Source: Mobula birostris (lineage: Eukaryota). Taken from it: a stretch of 64,000 nt of DNA. The notes under the pieces are model-generated. The model had not been told where the DNA came from. It made no database searches and was given only the letters and a program-made list of their open reading frames with translations. Location: assembly GCF_030028105.1 (NCBI RefSeq), contig NC_092370.1, positions 182,786,647 to 182,850,646 of the forward strand, in the 5' to 3' direction. Positions 26,351 through 37,269 of the stretch are shown here, in pieces. How positions within the stretch are numbered: position 1 is the first letter of the stretch; every line of letters starts with the position of its first letter. A program made the position numbers and the translations under genes.

Positions 26351-29300
26351 TCCTGTGGATGTGCTGGGACACATCATCAGTGATGTAACCTGGGGTCATC
26401 GGGTGTTTCCGGTCTTTCAACATCATGCACCCTCGCCCAGGTGATCCCGCCGGGGTTGATCAGACCCCAGCTTGTGTCCCAGCAGCATTGGCCCACGGGT
26501 CACCCCTCCTGATCCACAGCCATCTCGAGGCTCTCTCAGCGGCCTCTGTGATCGCTTTCCTCTTGCCAGCCCCAGTGATGCCAAGTAGGGTGTAGACTCT
26601 GCAGAGTGAGTGGCCGGCAAAACCCCTGCAACCCACTTCGATGGGCTTGCAGTGAACCTTCCAGCCTTGCCTCCAGCACTGCTCCACCAGCTCCTGGTAC
26701 TTGGCCCGCTTCCACTCATTTGCTTCCTCAATGCGGTCCTCCCAGGGAACTGCCATCTCAATGAGGACAACCTGCTTCGAGGACACTGAAGAAAGAACCA
26801 CATCTGGCCTCAGTGAAGTTGTTGCTGTTTGGTCGGGGTGCTTCAGCTGACTCCCCGGGTCAAATTGAAGCAGCCAATCTGCTGCAGTGTTAAGCAGGCC
26901 CGATGATGATGCTGGTCCGGGCTGACGTAGGGGCTGTGCTCCGGCTCTGACAAAGGAGATGTTCTTCCTCTGACCACTCTGTTTGCTGGTGGTCATGGCC
27001 ATCGCAATGCTCTCTGACACTGACTTCAGCACCTGGTCATGATGCCACTGGTAGCCACCTTCCCCCAAGGCTTTAAAGCAGCTGCTAAGGATGTGCTCCA
27101 GTGATCCTCTTCCTGGACAGAGAGGACACGCTGGTGTATCGCTCTTGCCCTAGACATGGAGGTTTGCAGGGTTTGGTAAGACATCATAGACAGCCTGGAT
27201 CATAAATTTAATGCACTGGGGTTCTGCCTGCCAGATGTCAGACCAGGAGATTTTCCGCTCCAGCGCACCTTCCCACCTTGTCCATGCTCCCTGTTGCCTC
27301 ATGCCCACCATCCTGCTATTCCTTTCCTCTCCAATGCCAGCCCGCACTTCCTCCAGGACTAGTTGCTGTCTGTCCTTGCCTTTGGCCTTGTCATAGAGAG
27401 GTTGTGAAACGGAGCCCAGCTCCACTCGCCTAGTTGACACTGTCCCCACCACAGCCCTGTGACTCAGCCGGGACTCTGTTACCACCAGCCCTTCCTGAGC
27501 CTTCCACTTCCCGTCCGTCCGTACCTGGATGCCTGCTGCTGCCACTTTAGGGCCCTTGGAATCCCTGTACTGCAGCACCTCTCTTATGCGGGAAACCCTG
27601 AATTCCTCGTCCAGGCTGCTGAAGGGAAGTGGCAGCTCATTGCACCTTTCGTACAGTGCTGTGCTGTTCAGACTACGAGCTAGGCCCAGCCATCTTCGAA
27701 GGTAGTTACTGACCTTCCTTTCCACAGTTGTCACAGGCACCTCGTATATCAGTAGCAGTCATAGGATTGGGGGTAGGATGCCACGCTGGTAAATCCAGGC
27801 TTTGAACCTTCCAGGTAGACCTGATTTGTCCACCGTGGTGAGCCAGCTCTACAGGCTACAGTCGAAGACCTTCCCCAAGCTCTTGACTGGCTTCTCGGTG
27901 ATAGATGGAATTGTAGTGCCATCCGAGGTAAAACAAAACTTGTCCACCACTTTGCCCTTCTTCAACACCATGGACCTGGATTTAGCTGGTTTGAAGCTCA
28001 TCTTTGCCCATGCGATGAGCTTTTCCAGGCCCTGGAGGATCCACCTGTTGCCAGGAACTGATGTTGTCGTGACATTGAGGTCATCCATAAAGGCTCTGAT
28101 CGGGGACTGCCGAACACCAGACTTGGTCAGTGGGCCTCTACACTCTGCCTCAGCTGCCTTGACTATCATATTCATGGCAAGGGCAAAGAGAATTACGGAG
28201 ATTGTACACCCAGTTATAATCCCCTTCTCCCGCCTCTGCCAGCCTGATGTCATAGCTTCAGAAGTGATTCCATGTCTGAAGTTCCAGTAGTAGTTCATGA
28301 TGAGGTCCTTGATATTTCTGGGAACATAATGTTGGTCTAGTGTAATCTCCACCAGTTTGTGGGGTATTGACCCATACAAATGTAGCCAAAGCACGACCAG
28401 GTCCCCCTTCCCCATCTGTGCCTCCCTGATCAGCTGGGTGACTACTCCAGTGTGTTCCAGGCACCCAGGCACTCCGGGAATTCCACCCTACTGCACTGAA
28501 GTGTCGATACTGTATAAGTTCTTGAGGAGAAAGTCTGCCATCTGGCGGGACTAGACACTAAAGAAGATTTTCCCTTCCACACTAAGCAGCGAGATGGATC
28601 TACACTGCTCCAGTCAGACGAATTTTTCTCCTTGGAAATCTAACTCCCTCTGCGTACCTCCACTGGTCTGCCCCTGTCCCCCTGTGCCAGATCACTCACA
28701 GGATCTTCCAAAGAATCTTGAGAAGCTCCGGGCAGTGCTTGTACACCTTGTAGGGTACTCCACTGGGTCCTGGCACAGAACTGGCTCTGGCTGAAGTCAC
28801 AACTTCCTTCCAGGTGGGCTCCCTCACATCGAACTCCACCATGGGGAGTGGTTGACTTGTAAGGGCTCTGTGGAGGCCCAGCTCTTGCTCCCTTGCAGGG
28901 TCACTCAGGGTGTTATGAAGGAAATGGTCTACCTCTTCTTTAGGGCACACAAGGCGGCCACTGCATTTCTACCCTAGGAGCTGTTTTGTAAAACCAAATG
29001 GATTGGCTATGAAGGCAGCTCGCTTCCTGGCTCTTTCTCTCCCTTGCCTCCTGTGCCATTCTGCTCTGCACAGGGTCATTAGCTCCTTCCTGCAGATGTT
29101 CTGGAGCTCAACCAGGGCAGGCTTCTCCTCCTCCATTGCTACCGTGAACTGCCGTGCCAGGGACCGGAGCACTTGGCGCAGTTGGTGGATCTGGGCTGCC
29201 CTGCGGTTCATCGTGTATTGGGATCTGGTGGTCTTTCCCTCTTCTATCCCAAATCTCTCTGTAGCAGAGCTGACAATGATGATGATCATTGTCTGAAGCT

Positions 29301-29893
29301 GTCCGTCAACATCTCCCTTGGCTGTCAACTCTATGATCCTTGCTACATCCCCATCAAACTGGAGCCACTCTTTCTTGTTGCTGACTGGGGGCCACTTGAT
29401 CCGGTGCTGTTGAACTACGTTGCTTGGGACAGAAGCTTCTGACGCTTGGAGGTTCTGGGCTCTGTGGGGCGACTCCAGGCCGCGCTCCTCCTGTGTCTCA
29501 CCAGGCGTAAATCCTGCGCGCTGCGAACATTCTCCTGCTCCAAGCACTTCATTCTGGCCTGATGGATCTTTAGGCTGCGCTTGTTCTTACAAACCGTGCC
29601 GCAAATGCATCTCCTGTCATCGATAATCCATTTGCCTTGGTCGTTGTTATTAGGTCTGTCCTATTGGGGTGCTCATTTTGCCCCCCCCCCCAGGCTCCCC
29701 TGGGGGTGGCTTTCATTGGGTATATCTATAGCTTTCTTGGGTTCTTCTTCAGAGAAGATGCAGGTTGGTCTGCTCCCCCTCCCTGCCACGTTTGCTGTCT
29801 TTCCGAGCTGTCAACTGTCTCTCCAGTCATCACCAATCTATTCGGTGGTCACCCAGCCTTTTCCTGAGAGTCACTGGCTTAGCCAGTTTGTGT
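26351..29893 (-). mobile_element. HERO-type non-LTR retrotransposon (R2-group, RLE endonuclease), full length, decayed
   Basis: N-terminal zinc finger CICGTVCKNKRSLKIHQARMKC (~29545-29610); RT motifs YGSIPH, GIITGCTISVILF, AFMDD; CCHC CPLCPGRGSLEHILSSC; RLE motifs WHHDQVL, RPDVVL, IEMAVPWE, KRAKY. 14-bp TSD with one mismatch: GATTCTAAAATACA (26337-26350) / GATTCTAAGATACA (29894-29907). Several stops and frameshifts. Confidence 0.9.
26368..26442 (-). ncRNA. Rearranged (non-circularly permuted) hammerhead-like motif in the HERO 3' UTR
   Basis: Minus strand GGGUG-CA-UGAUGU...GACCG-GAAA-CACCC...ACAUCA-CUGAUGA-UGUGUC: both core motifs are present with perfect helix I and helix III complementarity, but in non-standard order. 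The cleavage triplet reads GCA in this copy. Confidence 0.55.
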
Positions 29894-30859
29894 GATTCTA
29901 AGATACAACCTATTTAAACTTCACTATGCTGTAAGTAGTTTCCACAGAGGACAGTTTTTTTTCATAAAGTTTTTATTGAAATTTTTAAAAAGACATCAAA
30001 GATGCTCTTGCGCAAACAATTTGAAAGGTTTGCTGGGAAGTTTGTAAAAAAAGTACAATTAAAGGAAACTCAGAATTTGTTATAATTTTCCGTACTGTTG
30101 TTGGTGCTGCTTTCCAGTGCAATTTTTTAAAATTAGGACAGAATTCGCACTTGAAATTCTGCTCTTTAGGCACTTTGAGTGAGTTGAACCAGTCTCATTC
30201 GGTTGCCATATTGGTATTCCTGACATGAATTTGACATCTGTAGGCCAAAGTGTACTAGATTGCTGAGCATATTCTCTGGACATCAGCAACTCAGGGCATC
30301 AATCAATACTGCCATGGTGGAGATCAATATGCACCCTAATTCCTCATTCTAGCTTTGCACGGTTTGACAAGTATTTGAAAATTGCTATTTAAAGAAATCA
30401 TCAGCACTCACAATTTAGTTTTTGATTGTTTTCATCTGCCTGTTGTACCAAATCCACAAGATATTGGCCATTACTAAATTTGTTTTGAATCTACTGAAAA
30501 TTTTTGAGACAGAACAAGATTCATTATTTTTCCACAAGCTTTTTTAATGTATGCTTCATCCAAGTACACGACTGTATTGTTTAGCTTTTTGGGATCAGAA
30601 GGGGTGTATTTTTGTTAATTGATACATTGTCAAGCATAATTCCTCTAAAGGGCAAGCCGCGCCACAGGTTATTAGAAAAACTCAGAGGTAGAACAAAAGA
30701 AAACAAAATAATATCTGAGAATTCAGATATGTTGCCTGGGATGACATCATCTTTAACTGAAGTCATTGTCATGCAAAAGGTACCATCAGCATAATGGCAG
30801 ATCAATGCTGAGACCAATGTTTCCCACACAACAGGTGCTCATGTACTCAAAAGTAACCG

Positions 30860-31020
30860 TCCAACACAGCACTGAGGGAGCACTGCAAGTTGGAGACACT
30901 GTCTCCTGGTTGAGAGTTAAACTGAGATCTTATCTTCCCTCTCTAGTTCATACAGATACTTCTGGAGTAGCATTCGAAGAAAAAGTTTCTCTCAATATGC
31001 TAGCTAACACTTTGGCCATG
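30860..31020 (+). mobile_element. DeuSINE (SacSINE1/AmnSINE1-like) Deu-domain remnant
   Basis: cagcactgagggagcactgcaagttggagacactgtctcctggttgagagttaaactgag resembles the Deu core as I recall it. Confidence 0.65.
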
Positions 31021-31534
31021 TGAAAGGCTACACTATGACCCACCCTTGCCCTCAGCTCAAGGCCTTTACATTTCTGGTAAAATAGATCTCTGCTCCATCA
31101 CCTTGTCAGTAACTTAGGTCATCTGTGGTACATCCATAACACATTGGCATACCATTTCCATGAACCTGCAGGCTCAACATGTCTCCCTTGGTAGAAAATG
31201 TCTTTTAAGCTACTTCCTTACTTGCCCCTAACACCCACCACACACACACAAAACTGGCTAACTGTATTTAACATATTACGTTATCAGGTTCCATACAAGT
31301 GCAAGGTATACGACAGCTGTTATTTTACTCCCTTCCATCAACAGGCCCTCAAAATGTCGTGTTGATGAAATTGTGATGTACTTCTACTTCCTTCATATTT
31401 GTTTATGTACCCATAGCTAGAAGTAGCATCTCATTACACTGGGGGTGGTGGGGGGGATGCAGCAGGTGGCAAATACAGATCAACTACCAATCCTGGGTAA
31501 GTTACAAAGACAATCAGGAACTTGTAGGCACTTC

Positions 31535-31720
31535 ACACACAAAATGTTGGAGGAACTCAGCAGGTCAGGCAGCATCTATAGAAGAAAATGAACAACTGAT
31601 GTTTGGGTTGAGACCTTGCCTGAGTCCTGATGAAGGTGCTTGGCCCAAATCATCAACTGTCCATTTCTCTACGCAACTGTTGCCTGACCTGCAGAGTTCT
31701 TCTAGTATTTTGTGAGTTAC
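31535..31720. repeat. Inverted repeat of two Penelope 3' termini
   Basis: caaaatgttggaggaactcagcaggtcaggcagca ... tgttgcctgacctgcagagttcttctagtattttg, with a degenerate CTGATGA hammerhead core at the centre. Confidence 0.75.
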
Positions 31721-33005
31721 TCACTTACCTAATTACCGTCCATTACACGCTGGTGTTTGGGGCAAAGGTCCTGCATCTCTGACAATATTCAGAGCTTTCT
31801 TCATTATGTCAATAGCTTCCTCTCAATTTTCACTATTGTCGGTCAAGCAAGTGTCAGGTGAAGATTCAGGAATACTGTCACACTCAGATGTACAAGTATT
31901 CTTCATTTCTGTTTCCATAACAATTTTGTTTTACCAGTTAAGGCTATCAGCCCTGAGCTGAACTCCTGAACATGGAGGGCCAATAGTCCACTCTTAGCCT
32001 GGCCTCTACCCTTTGGCCTGTTTGGCATGGAAAACCCTACCAAGAGCCAAAGCCTTGTAAGTGTTGCACACCTACTGGGGCCCACCCAGGGATGCCAATT
32101 ATGTCACAAAAATCACCGCTGGTAATCATGATCTGAGAGGCACAGAGAGAAGATGTATTTACTGACAAGTAACCTTTATTGTCTCAACTAAAAAGCATGT
32201 GGGTTCACAAACTAACCACCTGTGTGCACACACATTAGAATTCCCTGATCCTCCATGGACAGTCAATGCAGAGAAAAGGTATTACCCGTGAAAGGAGTCT
32301 ACGCTGGCCAGGCATTCCTCGTGGTCTTGATCTCCATGTGCCTGTGGGGTCCTCCTCAACCATGATGGCTGGTCTCTGATTGCTGGAGAATTATTGCCAT
32401 CACATGTTTGGAGATTCTGATCCTTATAGTGTTCCTCATCAGTTGAACTGGTAGATCTCCAGCCCACTGGCTCAAGGTCTCCTGACCTACCTGGGTCACT
32501 TTCTTAGTGGTTCTAGTCCAGGGCTACAACCAATGTTTCATGGCTCTGCCCGCCCCCCACACACACCTTGTGTATTTGTGTCTTTCAACTCTGAGTGGTC
32601 CAAACCATTAAACTAGGGACCCAGACACTGATGCGATTGCAGATTTCTTCCTTGGTAGGTCTGGCACTTTACATAATAAATAGCTACTCATTTGAAAATG
32701 GTCTCAGGTTTAGCAGGTCATTATCTGAAACTCCTTGGATTCTCATTCAATTGCTCTGATTAGAGTAACCCAGAACAACAATTTGGGGGGACAAAGACAA
32801 TTGATTTGTTTACTCCCCCTGACTTTGATTCATCTGAATCTACTCATTTGTAGACTGTAGTTCTTCTTGTCAGCTTCCACTGCCCTTGATTCATTCGAAT
32901 TCACTAATTTGTAGACTGCAGTTCCTTCTGACCAACAGCTCTGACTCCAGCTCTCCAGTTCATTGAGGCATGCAACCCTTCAAACCATGACATGGTTGTG
33001 GAGGA
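31720..33005 (-). mobile_element. Non-autonomous RTE-like retroposon, interrupted by an LTR-like insert
   Basis: (TAAG)-like tail at the left end, RTE-like 5' UTR, and approximate TSD attttgtg at ~31707 and ~33006. Confidence 0.5.
32056..32937 (-). mobile_element. Putative ERV-type solo LTR (~880 bp)
   Basis: TG...CA ends, tandem ~45-bp repeats near the minus-strand 5' end (32820-32925), minus-strand AATAAA at ~32175-32180. Splits the surrounding element; TSD imperfect. Confidence 0.55.
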
Positions 33006-33142
33006 TTTTGTGTGTGCTGATCCAGATTGCCAGTATCTGCAGTCTCTCGTGTCTCTGACTTGCAGGCACTAGTTGGAATATTGTCACCTACAATATTCCA
33101 CTGTAGCCCAATGAAAACAAGGAACATTAGACTTCAACTATT

Positions 33143-33945
33143 TTCAATAGGTTCAATAGGTACACTTAATGTCAGAGAAATGTATACAATATACATCCTG
33201 AAATTCTTTTTCTTCATAAGCATCCACAAAAACAGAGGAGTGTCCCAAAAAATGAATGACAATTAAATGTTAGGACCCCCAAGCACCCCCCCATCTCCCC
33301 CCTCCCACACATAAGCAGCATCAAAGCGACGACCCCCCCTCCTCCACCAGCAAAAAAGCATCTGCACCCCTCACGGAGCACTCAAGCGCGCAGCAAAGCA
33401 TCAATGAACACACAGATTTGCAGTACCCCAAAGACTACTCACTCACCCAATAATTCAACATACAGGCTCTCTCTCTCCCTACTAAAGGAGAAAGAGGTTC
33501 CTCCATTTCACATGGAGAGGGGGGACGTAACAAAACAACTTGTTGTTTTATGGTGTTAAAAGTCTGTTGAGCCACTTTTTCTGAGCCCTGTGCCCAAAGA
33601 TCTCGAGTCTCTCAGCACAGCCAGCAGCCAGCTCACTGCTTTCGATCTTCCGTGCACTCCCACGTCATATCAGGCGGTGGCACCAGCTTCGAATCAGCCA
33701 ATCTCCAGAGCCACGAAACCCGGCACCCTGAAGGTGCACTAGTCTTCCAGGTTGCCTCCTTGACATATCGAAAAGTCGCCAGCCGCGAGGCCTGAGAGTG
33801 GTCCCATTTCTGCAAAGAGCCAAAGTCAGCCTGTAACTCCAGGTCAGGGTCTTTAAGAGAACCCTGAAAAGGAAAAAAAGGAGATGTTAAAGATAGAAAT
33901 AGAGCTGCTTCCGAAGATGCAAGCAAAGGAGTTGCCGTTAGGTGG
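33143..33945 (-). mobile_element. Non-autonomous non-LTR retroposon (GC-rich head, LINE-like tail)
   Basis: (TTCAATAGG)x2 tail, 3' UTR resembling the Rex1-type tails elsewhere in the window, CpG-rich 5' part, no RT. Confidence 0.55.
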
Positions 33946-35465
33946 CAAAATAGTTGAAGTAAATGCAGCTTTTCATCCCTTAGTGCCAATCTGATAAACA
34001 AAGAGATTACTTTCATGTACTGACCTCATATCACTTGATTCCTTAATATTCAAAAATCTATCACACTTATGAAACCTGCTAAACTACCACATGGAGAAAA
34101 GCAGTGTTTGCTGGCTGCGTCAAATAAAAACAACCACTGTTAAAAAAAATGCACAATCTGAAAATGTTGAAACGTAGCAGACAGTTACACCATTGTAAAT
34201 AGAAAAGACAAGTCAACATGCCAGGTGACCCATTAGTCAGAGGAACAGCTAAAAGCCGTAGAGAATTACATTTCCTGGTGAATTGTGAGATCACTAACGT
34301 AAGTTGGCGTTCAAGTGGCAGAGAGATGAAAGCAATCCTCTATTCGCACCCTTCACATATAATGTATGATGTACCTACATATACAGCCCTCACTGAAATC
34401 CTCCATGCAAAATTGGGAAGCACCTGAGTTTTCCTGTTTGATTTATTCGTTTTCAGCATCATTGTCTTCTCGTGACCGCTCTAGCCAAAATCACCAAATA
34501 AGCACCAAGTCCAAGGACGATTGTTTGCTGTAGATTCATGTTCGCCAGGAACTGAAGTGAGCTTCCTAAGTTATTTCAATTAGTCCCCTTGACAGCTGTC
34601 AGGAGGAAGAAACTATCATCTCTTCTGTCTGAACTGAAAGCAAGCCCAGGTCTCAGAGGTGAAATGACAGTGATCAAACAGACTGCTACCCAACTGCAAT
34701 TCCCTTAACTGTGCCATACATCTGGAACCTGAACTTAAGTATATATCAAATAAACCAACAGTAAGTCTGGCTGTGCAAGTGTTCTATTATTTGCTTCCAT
34801 CATTCTCTTCTCCTTGCTGCATTGCAGTGAGAGAGATTCTTTTTCTCAGTTCAACCAGAACATTTCTCAATGGTCACATTTGATCCTTTGTGATCTCGTA
34901 CCAGCCTCTACCCCTCCACCACCCCATCGTCTCCTTCTATTGTCCCTTTGGGCACAATCCTCAGTTTGTACTGAATGCTGGAATTCATTTCTCAAGAATT
35001 ACAGTTCACTGGTAAGGAAATGAAATATGATAATAGCTGTAATTCTTTGCACAGGGAACAGTTATGTTCCCCCAACCAGCTACAGAGACATGGAAAACAA
35101 TCACCAAAAATGAGGAATGATGTTAAGCATTGCCAAATGTCCACTGTCACTGAAGCATGTGACTGGGACCTGGCACAGGCTTGTGAACAGGAAGTCTGTC
35201 TTAAATTAGCATTACATCAGGCGACACGGAGACAGAAGTGAAAGAAAGTGTTGAATATAGAACTAATGGTGTTATATTTGAAGGCACACAGTATATGAAA
35301 TAAGATAGATGGTCTTGTAGAGCAGTTAGAAATTTTCAGGTATGATGTTGTGGGCTGAGTCAAGTCAAATGTCAAGTGAAGTTTATTGTCATTTAACTAC
35401 ATATATGTATATAATATACATAGAAATGAGACGTTTCTTTGAACCAGGGTGTAAAGCACATAACC

Positions 35466-36910
35466 ATAGTCATAGCCATAGTCATACTTTATTGATCCCG
35501 GGGAAAATTGGTTTTCGTTACAGTTGCACCATAAATAATAAGTAGTAATAAAACTATAAATAATTAAATAGTAATATGTAAATTATGCCAGGAAATAAGT
35601 CCAGGACCAGCCTATTGGCTCAGGGTGTCTGGCCCTCCAAGGGAGGAGTTGTAAAGTTTGATGGCCACAGGCAGGAATGACTTCCTATGACGCTCTGTGT
35701 TGCATCTCGGTGGAATGAGTCTCTGGCTGAATGTACTCCTGTGCCCACCCAGTACATTATGTAGTGGATGGGAGATATTGACCAAGATGGCATGCAACTT
35801 GGACAGCATCCTCTTTTCAGACACCACCGTCAGAGAGTCCAGTTCCATCCCCACAACATCACTGGCCTTACGAATGAGTTTGTTGATTCTGTTGGTGTCT
35901 GCTACCCTCAGCCTGCTGCCCCAGCACACAACAGCAAACATGATAGCACTGGCCACCACAGACTCGTAGAACATCCTCAGCATTGTCCGGCAGATGTTAA
36001 AGGACCTCAGTCTCCTCAGGAAATTGAGATGGCTCTAACCCTTCTTGTAGACAGCCTCAGTGTTCTTTGACCAGTCTAGTTTATTGTCAATTCGTATCCC
36101 CAGGTATTTGTAATCCTCCACCATCTCCACACTGACCCCCTGGATGGAAACAGGGGTCACCGGTACCTTAGCTCTCCTCAGGTCTACCACCAGCTACTTA
36201 GTCTTTTTCACATTAAGCTGCAGATAATTCTGCTCACACCATGTGACAAAGTTTCCTACTGTAGCCCTGTACTCAGCCTCATCTCCCTTGCTGATGCATC
36301 CAACTATGGCAGAGTCATCAGAAAACTTCTGAAGATGACAAGACTCTGTGCAGTAGTTGAAGTTCAAGGTGTAAATGGTGAAGATAAAGGGAGACAAGAC
36401 AGTCCCCTGTGGAGCCCCAGTGCTGCTGATCACTCTGTCGGACACACAGTGTTGCAAGCACACGTACTGTGGTCTGCCAGTCAGGTAATCAAGAATCCAT
36501 GACACCAGGAAAGCATCTACCTGCAGCGCTGTCAGCTTCTCCCCCAGCAGAGCAGGGCGGATGGTGTTGAACGCACTGGAGAAGTCAAAAAACATGACCC
36601 TCACAGTGCTCGCTGGCTTGTCCAGGTGGGCGTAGACACGGTTCAGCAGGTAGACGATGGCATCCTCAACTCCTAGTCGGGGCTGGTAGGCAAACTGGAG
36701 GGGATCTAAGTGTGGCCTGACTACAGGCCGGAGCAGCTCCAGAACAAGTCTCTCCAGGGTCCTCATGATGTGGGAGGTCAATGCCACCAGTCTGTAGTCA
36801 TTGAGGCCGCTGGGGCGCGGCGTCTTCGGCACAGGGACGAGGCAGGACGTCTTCCACAGCGCAGGAACCCTCCAGAGCCTCAGGCTCAGGTTGAATACAT
36901 GGCGAAACAC
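35466..36910 (-). mobile_element. Young 5'-truncated Rex1/Babar LINE (RT and C-terminus)
   Basis: ORF 36194-37096: YRLVALTS, DPLQFAYQ, FFDFSSAFNTI, GAPQGTVLSP, KFSDD. ORF 35612-35983 is the C-terminus. (CATAGT)-like tail. Confidence 0.92.
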
Positions 36911-37269
36911 ATGATAATTTATGAAGGTAAGGATTGAATCTACAGATGAATCACATATAAATAACAAACTAAAATGCATTAATATTAAATATTGTAAGGT
37001 ACGTAATAGATTAGCCAATGACACTTTGAATATGATGTGGCTGGGAGTCCTGAAGCCTAATAGCCTGGGAGAAGAACTGTTTCTCATCCTGACCATTCTT
37101 GATTTTATGCATTGTAGTCTCCTGCCTGATGGTAGAAAGTCAAAGAGGATGCTGGATAGATGGGTGGATGGGTGGGATCCTTAGTAATACTACGGGCCTT
37201 GCATATGCAGTGCTCCTGATAAATGTCCCCGATGTCCCCTATGATCCTCTCAGCTGTTCTCACAGTCAT

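Noticed and set aside
34458-34556. Strong acceptor/donor pair on the plus strand
   Set aside because: All three frames contain stops; cannot be supported as coding.
34590-34700. LF-SINE-like tRNA head on the minus strand (tttcacctct motif)
   Set aside because: Too short and degenerate to assign by eye.
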